Assembly (NCBI GenBank): GCA_902617625.1
Contig: CACMXJ010000004.1
Location: 29,206-93,205 of the forward strand
Source: an uncultured Pelagibacteraceae bacterium
Lineage (GTDB): Bacteria > Pseudomonadota > Alphaproteobacteria > Pelagibacterales > Pelagibacteraceae
Reading direction: 5' to 3'
DNA: 64,000 bases
Part shown: positions 41,928-52,297 of the stretch, in pieces
Layout: each line of letters opens with the position of its first letter
Position numbering within the stretch: the stretch's first letter is position 1
Program-made: the position numbers and the translations under genes
The notes under the pieces: model-generated
Seen by the model: only the letters and a program-made list of their open reading frames with translations
What the model was told of the DNA's origin: nothing
Database searches by the model: none

Positions 41928-42698
41928 ATGAAATTTATCATTCTAGGATGTGGGAGTTCAATGGGTGTGCCAAGACCAGATGGTTTCTTTGGAAATTGTG
42001 ATCCAAAAAACAAAAAAAATTATCGTTCAAGATGTTCTAGTTTTATAAAGACCTCTTCTGAAAATATTCTTATCGATACATCACCAGATTTAAGAGATCA
42101 ATTACTAAGACACAAAATTAAAAAAATAGATAAAGTTTTATATTCACATATGCATGGAGATCAAACACATGGTATAAATGATTTAAGGGCATTTTATATA
42201 AATTCAAAAAAACAAGTGAATGTATATGCTGATAAAGACACTTCTAATTATTTAAAAAAAACTTTTTCATATATTTTTAAAAGTTACTCAAGAGAATATC
42301 CAGCAACTTTAAAATTACATATACTAAAAAAAATTTTATCAGTTAAAAATCACAATAAAATTATAAAGATAAGATCAATTAAAGTTGATCATGGTAAAGT
42401 CAAATCAAATTGTTTTATAATAGATAAAAAAATTGCATATATAAGTGATGTAAGTAAAATTTATAAAAAAGATTACAAATATTTCAAAAATCTCAAATTT
42501 TTGGTAATTGATTGTTTATGGTACAAACCACACCCATCTCATTTCAATTTAGAAACATCTTTATCAATGATAAAAAAATTTAATCCTAAGAAAGCAATCT
42601 TGACGAATTTATCTCCAGTGTTAGATTATAATGAGCTGAAGAGAGTTTTACCAAAAAATGTTATTCCTGCTCATGATGGATTAACAATTAACTTATAA
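41928..42698 (+). CDS. MBL-fold metallo-hydrolase (PhnP-like)
   Basis: ILGCGSSMGVP, HMHGDQTHG. Conserved position after tatD in alphaproteobacteria. Confidence 0.8.
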   Translation: MKFIILGCGSSMGVPRPDGFFGNCDPKNKKNYRSRCSSFIKTSSENILIDTSPDLRDQLLRHKIKKIDKVLYSHMHGDQTHGINDLRAFYINSKKQVNVYADKDTSNYLKKTFSYIFKSYSREYPATLKLHILKKILSVKNHNKIIKIRSIKVDHGKVKSNCFIIDKKIAYISDVSKIYKKDYKYFKNLKFLVIDCLWYKPHPSHFNLETSLSMIKKFNPKKAILTNLSPVLDYNELKRVLPKNVIPAHDGLTINL

Positions 42699-43238
42699 GA
42701 TTTTTTCAATTATATTTGTTATTTTCTTAGACATTGGATTTGTAAATGATGAAAAGGTATTTTCAATTTTTCCTTGTCGATTAATTAGAATTTTATAAAA
42801 ATTCCATTTTGGAATTGCTGATTTTCCATAATTTTCTTTTGCCCAATGATATATTTCATGAGCATTTTCACCTTTTACATCGGTAATTGATGTTAATGGA
42901 AAATCTATATCAAAATTTACTTCACAAAATTCTTTAATTTCGGAATTTGAATTTTTTTCTTGGTTAAAAGAATTAGATGGAATACCCAAAATAATTAAAC
43001 CCTTGGATTTGTATTTCTCCCAAAGTGTTTGCAACTCAGCATATTGTTTTGTAAAACCACAATAACTAGCGGTGTTTACAATCAAAACAACCTTATCTTT
43101 ATAGTCATTTAAATTAATAACCTCTCCAGTGATACTATTTATCTTAAAGTCAAAAAAAGTTCTGTCATAATTTGCAGCAACTGAATTTTTAAAAAAAAAC
43201 ATAATTATAGTTATTCCTATGATTGTAAATTTTTTCAT
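42693..43238 (-). CDS. Glutathione peroxidase (Cys type), exported
   Basis: NTASYCGFT, GIPSNSFNQE, WNFYKIL and an N-terminal signal peptide. Confidence 0.9.
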   Translation of the reverse strand: MKKFTIIGITIIMFFFKNSVAANYDRTFFDFKINSITGEVINLNDYKDKVVLIVNTASYCGFTKQYAELQTLWEKYKSKGLIILGIPSNSFNQEKNSNSEIKEFCEVNFDIDFPLTSITDVKGENAHEIYHWAKENYGKSAIPKWNFYKILINRQGKIENTFSSFTNPMSKKITNIIEKIL

Positions 43239-43247
43239 TTTTATAAA

Positions 43248-44420
43248 TCACTTATTTGGTGTGAGTAATATCAAAAAGTAGCCAAATAAAGTGGATAATA
43301 GTGACCCGGTTAATACACCTATTTTTACGCCATCCATATACTGCATATTTTCAACAAAAGCTAAATTTCCCACAAAAAGACTCATCGTGAAGCCAATACC
43401 AGTTAATACACCTACACCATAAAAATTATACCAACTTGTATTATTTGGCATTTGGGCAATTTTTGTTTTTATAGCAACATATGAAAAAACAAATACACCT
43501 AATTGCTTACCTAAAAATAACCCTAAAACTATTCCTAATGGCACTTTATCTAGCAAAGAACTAAGAGATAAACCTTCTAATGAAACACCAGCGTTTGCAA
43601 AAGCAAATAAAGGCATGATACCAAAAGCAACATAAGGGCTTATTGCATGTTCAATTTTGATTAATAAAGAAAAATCTTTTTCTTTTTTTCGATGAGGAAT
43701 TGTCATCGCTAACAAAACACCTGCTATTGTTGCGTGTATTCCTGAATTATGTGTAAAATCCCAAAGGAAAATACCAATAATTAAATAAGGTAAGAATTTT
43801 TTAATGTTAAATTTATTTATAACTAGTAAAATTAAAAATGCTAACAACATTAGACTTAAATATTTAATACTTAAGTCTCCTGAATAAAATAGTGCTATAA
43901 TTACTATAGCACCCAAATCATCAATAATTGCAAGAGCTGTTAAAAAAACTTTTAATGATAAAGGTACCCTTTTTCCTAATAAAGATAATACACCAAGTGA
44001 AAAAGCGATATCTGTAGCAGAGGGTATTGCCCATCCATTCATAGTTTCGCTATCTCCAAAATTGATCAATACATAAAATAATGCAGGTACTAACATTCCA
44101 CCAACTGCTGCAATTATTGGGAGTAAAGCTTGTTTTATATTAGAAAGTTCACCTTGTAAAAATTCTCTTTTTATCTCAAGAGTGACAAAAAAAAAGAATA
44201 TTGCCATTAAAGCATCATTTATCCAATGAAGAACTGATAATTTTAATCCAAAATTGTTTATGCCAATGAATAAATATTGATTTAAAGTTGAAAAATATAA
44301 TTCTGATAAACCTGAATTACTTATTATTAAAGCAATAATTGCCGCGAATAATAAAACTAAACCACTAGCGGCTTCAAGCTTAAAAAACCAAATAAAGGGT
44401 TTGGATAAATAATTAATCAT
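43248..44420 (-). CDS. nhaA: Na+/H+ antiporter NhaA
   Basis: 390 aa, WINDALMAIFFF, ALAIIDDLGAI. Confidence 0.95.
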   Translation of the reverse strand: MINYLSKPFIWFFKLEAASGLVLLFAAIIALIISNSGLSELYFSTLNQYLFIGINNFGLKLSVLHWINDALMAIFFFFVTLEIKREFLQGELSNIKQALLPIIAAVGGMLVPALFYVLINFGDSETMNGWAIPSATDIAFSLGVLSLLGKRVPLSLKVFLTALAIIDDLGAIVIIALFYSGDLSIKYLSLMLLAFLILLVINKFNIKKFLPYLIIGIFLWDFTHNSGIHATIAGVLLAMTIPHRKKEKDFSLLIKIEHAISPYVAFGIMPLFAFANAGVSLEGLSLSSLLDKVPLGIVLGLFLGKQLGVFVFSYVAIKTKIAQMPNNTSWYNFYGVGVLTGIGFTMSLFVGNLAFVENMQYMDGVKIGVLTGSLLSTLFGYFLILLTPNK

Positions 44421-44867
44421 TTAATTAAGATCTTTAGCAAAAAGTATTAAATCTCTCAAGGTTTCAAATAAATTATATAATACAAGTTCTAAACTCGGGA
44501 AAATATTGCTTAATGGTTCCTTGAATGTGTCTAATACAATTATGATTGCAACAAAAGTTATTATAGAAACAATTATATAACTTAAAAATTTTCCAAAGGT
44601 AAAATTATATTTTGGTTTATATTTGACTAATTCTGATCCTGGTTTTAAAGATGCTTTGGATACTGCTTTATTAATATTTTCATCTTTATATAAAAATTTT
44701 TTTTTTTTAGCAGGCTTATCAATTAATGGCTCTGGTTGTTCGCTAACATTTTTATTAAAGAACCATGTTTGATCACATGATCCACATTTCAATAATCTGC
44801 CTTTATCTGGAATTAAGTTTTCATCTACCTTGAATTTTTTTTCACCGCATGGACAAATTATTATCAT
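44421..44867 (-). CDS. MJ0042-type zinc-ribbon protein with a C-terminal TM segment
   Basis: MIIICPCGEKKFKV...LKCGSCDQTWFF has two CxxC-like pairs. One TM helix. Confidence 0.65.
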   Translation of the reverse strand: MIIICPCGEKKFKVDENLIPDKGRLLKCGSCDQTWFFNKNVSEQPEPLIDKPAKKKKFLYKDENINKAVSKASLKPGSELVKYKPKYNFTFGKFLSYIIVSIITFVAIIIVLDTFKEPLSNIFPSLELVLYNLFETLRDLILFAKDLN

Positions 44868-44960
44868 TAGCTCTATATAACAGATTCTGATTAAAAATCC
44901 CTTGTTTTACACATCTTTATACATTGAAAAAATAAATAACTACTGTATTAGTACTTCATT

Positions 44961-45037
<77 letters not shown>

Positions 45038-45043
45038 GCAATT

Positions 45044-45325
45044 ATGAAAAAAGCAAAAATTTATAAACCTAATAAAACAGCCATGCAATCTGGGTTAGGC
45101 AAAATCGATAAATGGGTTCTAGAATTTAAAACTAAAGATCCTACAACAAATCCTTTAATGGGATGGGAAAGCTCATCTGATACTTATACTGAATTAAAAT
45201 TAGAATTTACTACCAAAGAACTAGCGATTACTTATGCAAAAAAAAACAAAATTGATTTTGAAATAATAGAACCAAAGCAAAGAAAAGTAGTAAAAAAATC
45301 ATATGCAGATAATTTTTTAAAATAA
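45044..45325 (+). CDS. ETC complex I NDUFS4 (18 kDa subunit)-like protein
   Basis: 93 aa, AKIYKPNKTAMQSG...NPLMGWESSSD. Starts 6 nt after the tRNA-Pro CCA. Confidence 0.8.
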   Translation: MKKAKIYKPNKTAMQSGLGKIDKWVLEFKTKDPTTNPLMGWESSSDTYTELKLEFTTKELAITYAKKNKIDFEIIEPKQRKVVKKSYADNFLK

Positions 45326-45329
45326 ATTT

Positions 45330-46328
45330 ATGTTTAAATTTTTTACAGATAAAAGATGGCATTTATGGAGTATAGGAGGTACTATACTTATTCTTGCTGC
45401 TACGTGGTATCAAGTTCAACTAGATGTAAGAATTAATGAATGGTTTGGAGAGTTTTATGATACTTTGCAAAAAGCATTAGCAGAGCCGGGTGCAGTTACT
45501 GAAAAAGAATTTATTGTTTATCTTTTTACATTTGCGAAAATTGCGGCTGTTTATATTCTAGTTGTTATATTTAGTGATTATTTTACCAGTCATTGGACTT
45601 TTAGGTGGCGAACAGCTATGGCTGATTTTTATCATGATAAATGGACTTTTGCTTCATCAATAGAGGGTGCATCTCAAAGAGTTCAAGAAGACACTCTTAA
45701 GTTTGCCAGAATAATGGAAGGCTTAGGCGCAGAACTTTTAAGAAGTGTAATGACATTAATCGCATTCACTCCGATTTTATGGGGTTTGTCTAAAAGTATT
45801 ACTGTACTGCCATGGATAGGTGAGGTTAATCATGCTTTAGTTTGGGTAGCTATTATCTCTGCTTTAGGTGGTACTTTTATACTCGCTGCTGTTGGGATCA
45901 AATTACCTGGTATTGAATATGATATTCAAAAAGAGGAGGCTGCATACAGAAAAGAGTTAGTTCTTGGTGAAGAATTTAAAGAGAATGCGCAACCTGTGAG
46001 AATTGATGACTTATACGGTGGTGTAAGAAAAATTCATTATAAAATGTACTTTCATTATCTTTATTTTAACGCTGTTAAATGGAGCTATTTACAAGGAATG
46101 GTAATTGTTCCATACTTAGCTTTAGCTCCAACAATCGTAACTGGAGCAATAACATTAGGTTTTGTTCAACAAATTATCAGAGCATTTGGTAGAGTAGAAA
46201 CTTCATTACAGTATTTGGTAAGAAGTTGGCCAATAATTGTTGAATTAATTTCAGTATGGAAAAGATTAAATGAATTTGAAAACAGACTTAAAATTAATAC
46301 AGAAAAAACCTTAAAAGAAAAAATTTAG
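45330..46328 (+). CDS. SbmA/BacA-like family transporter (membrane domain only)
   Basis: 332 aa, WYQVQLDVRINEWFGEFYD, IEGASQRVQEDT. Confidence 0.8.
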   Translation: MFKFFTDKRWHLWSIGGTILILAATWYQVQLDVRINEWFGEFYDTLQKALAEPGAVTEKEFIVYLFTFAKIAAVYILVVIFSDYFTSHWTFRWRTAMADFYHDKWTFASSIEGASQRVQEDTLKFARIMEGLGAELLRSVMTLIAFTPILWGLSKSITVLPWIGEVNHALVWVAIISALGGTFILAAVGIKLPGIEYDIQKEEAAYRKELVLGEEFKENAQPVRIDDLYGGVRKIHYKMYFHYLYFNAVKWSYLQGMVIVPYLALAPTIVTGAITLGFVQQIIRAFGRVETSLQYLVRSWPIIVELISVWKRLNEFENRLKINTEKTLKEKI

Positions 46329-47278
46329 TGGCTCTAAATAAAGAATTAATTGATAAAATTGTAAAAGTAACTTCTAAAGCTGCAATATCTTGCCATAAAT
46401 TTATTGGTAAAAATGATAAAATAAAAGCTGATAAAGCTGCAACAGACGCAATGAGAAAAGAAATTAATAAACTTAACTTTAATGGAGAAGTTGTAATTGG
46501 GGAAGGTGAACTTGATAAGGCACCAATGTTGTATATTGGAGAAAAATTAGGAGCAGGTGGAAATTTAGATATTGATATTGCTGTTGATCCTCTTGAAGGA
46601 ACAAATTTTGTAGCAAAAAATTTACCTGGTGCATTATCTGTTATATCGATTGCAGAAAAAGGGAATCTTTTTAATGCACCTGAAACTTACATGGATAAAA
46701 TTGCTACTTCCAATGAAGTACCCATTGATGCGATAGATCTAGATTTTCCACTTGAGAAAAATATTAGAAATATAGCAGACTCTTTAAATAAAGATATTAA
46801 AGATATAAATGCATGTTTGCTTGATAGACCAAGGCATAAAGAAATAATCGATAAACTCAATGAAATGAATGTTAAAATGAAATTAATTCCTGATGGTGAT
46901 GTATCTGGAGTGTTAATGGTTACAGATAAAAAATATAAAGTAGATATTTTTTTGGGAATTGGTGGTGGTCCTGAGGGTGTTCTGGCAGCCTCAGCTATTG
47001 ATGCTTATGGATGTAAATTTCAAGGAAGATTCCTTTTTGAAAAGGAAGAAGACATTTCTAGGGCAAAAAAAATGGGCATAAAAGATTTAAAAAAAAAATA
47101 TGATTTAAATGAAATCGTTAAAGGTGACTCGATTTTTTGTGCAACTGGTATTACTTCGGGAGATCTTGTTAAGGGTGTAGATTTAATTGATAATAGTTAT
47201 ATTACCGAAACACTAGTTACTCACAAAAGCTCTAAAACATGTAAAATTTTTATAACTGAAGACATTATAAAAACTTGA
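46328..47278 (+). CDS. glpX: Class II fructose-1,6-bisphosphatase GlpX
   Basis: 316 aa, ADKAATDAMR, DPLEGTNF, GIGGGPEGV. GTG start overlapping the previous stop. Confidence 0.9.
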   Translation: MALNKELIDKIVKVTSKAAISCHKFIGKNDKIKADKAATDAMRKEINKLNFNGEVVIGEGELDKAPMLYIGEKLGAGGNLDIDIAVDPLEGTNFVAKNLPGALSVISIAEKGNLFNAPETYMDKIATSNEVPIDAIDLDFPLEKNIRNIADSLNKDIKDINACLLDRPRHKEIIDKLNEMNVKMKLIPDGDVSGVLMVTDKKYKVDIFLGIGGGPEGVLAASAIDAYGCKFQGRFLFEKEEDISRAKKMGIKDLKKKYDLNEIVKGDSIFCATGITSGDLVKGVDLIDNSYITETLVTHKSSKTCKIFITEDIIKT

Positions 47279-47313
47279 TAAATATAATTTTTTACAATAA
47301 AAGGTCCAGATTT

Positions 47314-47388
47314 GGTCCCTTCGTCTATCGGTTAGGACACGTGGTTTTCATCCTCGAAAGAGGGGTTCGATTCCCCTAGGGACCGCCA
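47314..47388 (+). tRNA. tRNA-Glu (anticodon UUC)
   Basis: GGTCCCT/AGGGACC acceptor, anticodon loop TTTTCAT, GAGGGG-TTCGATT-CCCCT T arm, encoded CCA. Confidence 0.9.
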
Positions 47389-47391
47389 ATA

Positions 47392-47643
47392 ATGTCATAT
47401 TTTGTATACTTAATTGTTTCAAATCTCAAAAAAAACAAAAAAATCTCATATGTTGGATATACAAATAACTTAAAGAAAAGGCTAAGTTTACATAATTCAG
47501 GAAAAGGAGCAAAATTTACTAGAGGTAAAAAATGGAAGCTAGTTTACTATAAAAGATATGATTCGAGAGCTATTGCAATGAAAAATGAATTTTTATTAAA
47601 AAAAAATTATAAACTTAGAAAAAAACTTAAAACAAATATATGA
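47392..47643 (+). CDS. GIY-YIG nuclease-superfamily small protein (UPF0213-like)
   Basis: YFVYLIV...YVGYTNNLKKRLSLHNSG. Starts 3 nt after the tRNA-Glu CCA. ATGA overlap with the next gene. Confidence 0.85.
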   Translation: MSYFVYLIVSNLKKNKKISYVGYTNNLKKRLSLHNSGKGAKFTRGKKWKLVYYKRYDSRAIAMKNEFLLKKNYKLRKKLKTNI

Positions 47644-49769
47644 AGATATCTATTTTACTGCCGTTAAAGGAGAATTTTTCACCTTCTTATGCTGGAGCCG
47701 TATCTTTATTTATAAATGATACATTAAAATTCAGTAAGTTTAGAAAAGATATAACCGTTTTTGGATATACAGAATATAAAAAAAAATTTAATCAAAAATA
47801 TTTTAATATAGATATTAAAAAAAATTTTTTTTCAAGCCAAAATAAAGAATATGTAAAAAAATTTATTGAAATTGAAAAAAAAAATAATTCTAAAATTATA
47901 GAATTACATAATAGACCGATTTATCTAAAATATCTCGTCAATGATTTAAAAGAAAAGGATTATATTCTGTATTTTCATAATGACCCTTTAACGATGTCTG
48001 GTTCTAAAAGTATCAAAGAAAGATCATTTTTGTTAAATAATTGTTACAGAATAGTTTTTAATAGTAATTGGTCAAAAAAAAGATTTTTACAAAAAATGAA
48101 GTCTGATGCGATTAATAGTGAAAAATTAATTGTAATCAACCAGTCAGCCTCAAAAAATAAAATTAACTTTAAAGATAAAAAAAAATTAATTACTTTTGTT
48201 GGAAAACTTAATAGATCTAAAGGTTATGATCTTTTTGGCAATGCAGTAATTAAAATTCTAAGAAAATATAAAGATTGGTATGCATACGTTGTTGGAGATG
48301 AACCAAGAGATAAACTTAATTTTAAACATAGTCGACTTAAAATTTTTGGGTTTAAAGAACATAAAGAAGTTATAAAGATTTATAAAAAAACTAGTATAGC
48401 TGTTGTTTGTTCTAGATGGGATGAACCTTTCGGCAGGACAAGTCTAGAAGCTGCAGCAAACGGATGTGCGGTTATAATAAGTAATAGGGGAGGTTTACCC
48501 GAAACAATTACTAATGGTCGAATACTTAAAAACTTAAATGTTCATAATGTTTATAAGAATATTGATAATTTAATTAAAAATTCATCTATTAGAAAAAAAT
48601 ATCAAAAATTGTCCTATAAAAACTTTTATTTGTCTCATGAACATGTATCAGAAGAAATAGATAAAATTAGAAATAATTTAATTAAGATAAGCAGACCTTT
48701 TTTGTCTAATTCACAATCAAATTTAAGAATATTGCATATTACTAATTTTAATGAGAGACATAATGGTAGACTTTTTTTTAATACTGGGAGAAGATTGAAT
48801 AACGGCTTTATTAGACTTGGACATAGTGTTTTAGAATTTAGTGACAGAGATATTGTAAGCAGAGGGAAATCTCTAAAGGATTTTTATGGGTCTGATACAT
48901 TAAATGATAAATTAATTAAAACTTGTTATCATTTTAAACCAGATTTAATTGTTTTAGGGCATGCAGATATGATATCAAAAGATATTTTATACAATCTTAA
49001 AAAAGATTACTCAAATCTAAAAATAGCTCAATGGTTTCTTGATCCTTTGAACAAAAATGGTCCTGATTTTCAGAAAAATAAGAGACGAATTCTAGATAAA
49101 TCCGAAGTAATAGATACAAATTTCTTAACTACTTCTCCTGATGCTTTGGGTTTTTTACCTAAAAATAAATCAAATTATTTCATACCAAATCCATCAGATC
49201 AATCGATGGAAACGCTTAATAACTTTAAAAAAAATTGCTCTAATGATGTTTTTTTTGCCCTAAGTCATGGAGTACACAGAGGTCAATTAAAAAGTCGATC
49301 ATCTGATGATAGGGAAAAATTCATTAAATCTCTAATCAATAAATGTAAGAATATAAGATTTGACATTTTTGGTATGAATAATATTCAACCAATCTGGGCT
49401 GATCAATATTTCAAGAATATATCCAATTCAAAAATGGGTCTTAATTTAAGTAGGGGAACACCAATAAAATATTATAGCAGTGATAGAATTACTCAAATTA
49501 TAGGTAATGGTTTAGTAACATTAATTGATGAAAAAACTTGTTATGGTGATTTTTTTGATGATACTGAAATGGTTTTTTATAAGAATATAACAGATCTATC
49601 CGAAAAAATTGAGAAGATTTCAGAAGATGAAAAGCTCCGTAAGACAATTGGACACAAAGGTAAAACTAAATACATGAAATATTTTAATTCAACTCTTGTA
49701 GCAGATTTTATTATTAATAAGACTTATGAAATAAATGGCGCAAAAAAATATTTATGGCATAAACCATAA
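47640..49769 (+). CDS. Two-domain glycosyltransferase: N-terminal GT4/GT1-fold plus a C-terminal CgeB-like (Glyco_trans_1_2-type) domain
   Basis: 709 aa. EPFGRTSLEAAANGCAVIISNRGGLPE is the E-x7-E region. The second half (LRILHITNF..., YYSSDRITQIIGNGLV) resembles a second Rossmann-type GT module. Confidence 0.75.
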   Translation: MKISILLPLKENFSPSYAGAVSLFINDTLKFSKFRKDITVFGYTEYKKKFNQKYFNIDIKKNFFSSQNKEYVKKFIEIEKKNNSKIIELHNRPIYLKYLVNDLKEKDYILYFHNDPLTMSGSKSIKERSFLLNNCYRIVFNSNWSKKRFLQKMKSDAINSEKLIVINQSASKNKINFKDKKKLITFVGKLNRSKGYDLFGNAVIKILRKYKDWYAYVVGDEPRDKLNFKHSRLKIFGFKEHKEVIKIYKKTSIAVVCSRWDEPFGRTSLEAAANGCAVIISNRGGLPETITNGRILKNLNVHNVYKNIDNLIKNSSIRKKYQKLSYKNFYLSHEHVSEEIDKIRNNLIKISRPFLSNSQSNLRILHITNFNERHNGRLFFNTGRRLNNGFIRLGHSVLEFSDRDIVSRGKSLKDFYGSDTLNDKLIKTCYHFKPDLIVLGHADMISKDILYNLKKDYSNLKIAQWFLDPLNKNGPDFQKNKRRILDKSEVIDTNFLTTSPDALGFLPKNKSNYFIPNPSDQSMETLNNFKKNCSNDVFFALSHGVHRGQLKSRSSDDREKFIKSLINKCKNIRFDIFGMNNIQPIWADQYFKNISNSKMGLNLSRGTPIKYYSSDRITQIIGNGLVTLIDEKTCYGDFFDDTEMVFYKNITDLSEKIEKISEDEKLRKTIGHKGKTKYMKYFNSTLVADFIINKTYEINGAKKYLWHKP

Positions 49770-49770
49770 T

Positions 49771-50604
49771 ATGATTTCCATATTAATTCCAACCTTTAAT
49801 AATTTAGATTATCTAAAACTTTGTTTAAAAAGCTTGAAGAAAAATTCTTCTTTTAATCATGAAATTATAATTCATATTAATGACGGTTCAGATGGCACAT
49901 TAGATTTTATTAAAACTAACAATTACAAACACACAAGTTCACATAACAATATTGGACTTTGCTCTTCAATTAATAAAGCTGCTAAATTAGCTTCGAGTCA
50001 ATATATTCTTTATAGCCACGATGATATGTATTTTTGTCCAGAATGGGATAAAGTTTTGATGAATGAAGTTGAAAGTTTAAACCATGATAAATTTTATCTA
50101 TCTGGTACAATGATTGAACAAAACTCTGGACATATAGTTTACGATTTTGGAATTGACCTAGAAAATTTTAAGGAAGATGAATTACTCTCAAAATATAAGA
50201 GTGTTAACTTTTATGATCATCAGGGTACCCATTTCGCTCCACATTTAGTTTCAAAAAAAATGTGGAATAAGGTAGGTGGTTTTAGTGAGGAGTTTAATCC
50301 TGGTATTGCATCTGATCCAGATTTTAATATGAAATTATGGAAAGAAGGTGTGAGAATATTTAAAGGTTTAAATGATTTCAAAGTTTATCATTTCGGCTCA
50401 TTAACAACTAGAAAAAAAAAGAATTTAATCCAAAATAGGGGAGACAAGACATTTTTAAAAAAATGGGGCTTTTCTACAAAATTTTTTAAAAAATATTATT
50501 TAAAATCTAAAACAAAATATGAAGGTCCTTTAAGTGAACCAAAAAAAACTTTTAATTATTTCTTAGATTTATTAATTTGTAAAATAAGATTATTTTTCAC
50601 ATAA
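49771..50604 (+). CDS. Family 2 glycosyltransferase
   Basis: MISILIPTFNNLDYL and SHDDMYF (DxD-like). I prefer the ATG at 49771, 1 nt after the upstream stop, over the track start at 49735. Confidence 0.8.
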   Translation: MISILIPTFNNLDYLKLCLKSLKKNSSFNHEIIIHINDGSDGTLDFIKTNNYKHTSSHNNIGLCSSINKAAKLASSQYILYSHDDMYFCPEWDKVLMNEVESLNHDKFYLSGTMIEQNSGHIVYDFGIDLENFKEDELLSKYKSVNFYDHQGTHFAPHLVSKKMWNKVGGFSEEFNPGIASDPDFNMKLWKEGVRIFKGLNDFKVYHFGSLTTRKKKNLIQNRGDKTFLKKWGFSTKFFKKYYLKSKTKYEGPLSEPKKTFNYFLDLLICKIRLFFT

Positions 50605-50610
50605 AATTTT

Positions 50611-51306
50611 ATGTCTAAATTTATTGATAAATTAAGTATCTTTAAAAAAAAAATTTATTCTGCTAAAAAAAGTTATTCTTTTGGTGGATGTGATTTATTA
50701 ATTGATTATATTTTTAAATCAAAAAAAAGGGGGTTTTACCTAGATGTAGGTTGTCAACATCCCGTATCTAATAATAACACATATTTACTTTATAAAAGAG
50801 GTTGGAGCGGAATAAATATTGACTTAGACCCAAAAAATATAAGATTATTTGATTTAGAAAGACCAAATGAAATAAATATTTGTAAATGTGTATCTTCCGA
50901 TAATTCGGAAAAAGATTTATTTTTTTTTCACTCTGGATCACCGATTAACTCATTAGAAAAAAAAACTACCAAAGATAAATCAAATTTTTCCTTAAAAAAA
51001 ATTGAGACATTTACACTTAATTCAATTTTAGAAGATTATAAGATACAACATATAGACTATTTTAATCTAGATGTTGAAGGTCATGAATTAGATGTTTTAA
51101 ATAATTTCAATATTCAAAAGTATAAACCAAAAGTTATCTCTGTTGAATTTATCGATTTTCAAATGAGTGAATTAGAATTTAGAAATAACAATGTAGATAG
51201 AATACTTAAATCAGAACTGTACAAATATTTTACATCAAACAATTATCATTTTGTCAATTGGACACATGCAGATTTAATTTTTGTTCACGAAACTTTTAGA
51301 GATTAG
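50611..51306 (+). CDS. FkbM-family SAM-dependent methyltransferase
   Basis: FYLDVGCQHPVSNNNTY, DYFNLDVEGHELDVL. Confidence 0.8.
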   Translation: MSKFIDKLSIFKKKIYSAKKSYSFGGCDLLIDYIFKSKKRGFYLDVGCQHPVSNNNTYLLYKRGWSGINIDLDPKNIRLFDLERPNEINICKCVSSDNSEKDLFFFHSGSPINSLEKKTTKDKSNFSLKKIETFTLNSILEDYKIQHIDYFNLDVEGHELDVLNNFNIQKYKPKVISVEFIDFQMSELEFRNNNVDRILKSELYKYFTSNNYHFVNWTHADLIFVHETFRD

Positions 51307-52217
51307 ATCTTAATTTTATTTAATGCATTATTTTTAAATAGATTTGCTTCTTGTATATATCTTCTTACCATTTGAGTTGTTTTATGCCCTGTCATTGCCA
51401 TAATACTTCTTTCATCTGCACCTATTTCAGCTGTCGATGTCGCAAATCCAGATCTCAAACTATGACCGGCGTATTTTGTTTTATCCAACCCGGCTAGCAA
51501 TGCATATTTTTGAATTGTCAAAGCTACTGTTTTGTCAGATATGTTGAATACTTTACCGCTGTTAATTTTGGCATGTGTAATCCATTCTTTTAAAGACATA
51601 ACAGGACAATAGATTTTATTTTCAAAGTAGGGGATTGCCTTAGTCATTCCAAGACCAGTTTGATCTGTCTTTGACCTTTTTACCAATATTTTTACTCCTT
51701 CATTAACAAAATCAATATCCTCATATTCAATTGAGACTAGTTCTGATCTTCTAAAGCCTCCTGCAAATCCAATTAATAATAAAGCTCGATTTTGATATTT
51801 TTTATACTCATTTTTTTCTTCATTAATTACTTTAATAAGTAATTTTAAATCATTGATTAATAATGGTTTTTTAGATATTTGTTTTACTCCCATCTTTCTT
51901 TTTATTCCCATTAAATTTTCAGCAATGATTGGATGTTTTGTATCGATATAATGCCCTTTTAATCTATGAATAACTTTTATTGAGGCTAATCTTCGTTTCA
52001 AAGTGCTAAATTTACTAAAAGAGCTTAAATGAGTTAAGTATAAAGCTATAATTTTAGGATCACTCGGCATTGATGAAAAACCATTTTTTGTGCAGAAACT
52101 TGAAAAATCTTTGAAATCAGATTGATAAGCTCTCAATGTATTATTCGCTTTAGAATTTTTTAAATTCTTTAAAGTCTCTAATTCAAGGCTTTTTACGTTT
52201 GTTATTAGTTCATTCAT
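51303..52217 (-). mobile_element. Tyrosine site-specific recombinase/integrase (Cre-like subgroup, not XerC/D)
   Basis: 304 aa. LRAYQSDFKDFSSFC is a SAM-like N-terminal domain. GFAGGFRRSEL carries the catalytic Arg, HSLRSGFAT is HxxR, and TGHKTTQMVRRYI carries the catalytic Tyr. The stop overlaps the FkbM stop. Confidence 0.88.
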
Positions 52218-52223
52218 ATATTT

Positions 52224-52248
52224 TTCCGATAACCATTAATTATCGGAA
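52224..52248. promoter_or_regulatory. Perfect 9-bp inverted repeat TTCCGATAA-N7-TTATCGGAA, 7 nt upstream of the integrase start
   Basis: Read directly (52224-52232 and 52240-52248). Candidate operator, recombination-site arm or 5'-UTR hairpin. Confidence 0.35.
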
Positions 52249-52297
52249 GTTATATAATAAGTGATTTTTGATGTCAATAGTTTAAATTTAAATAATT

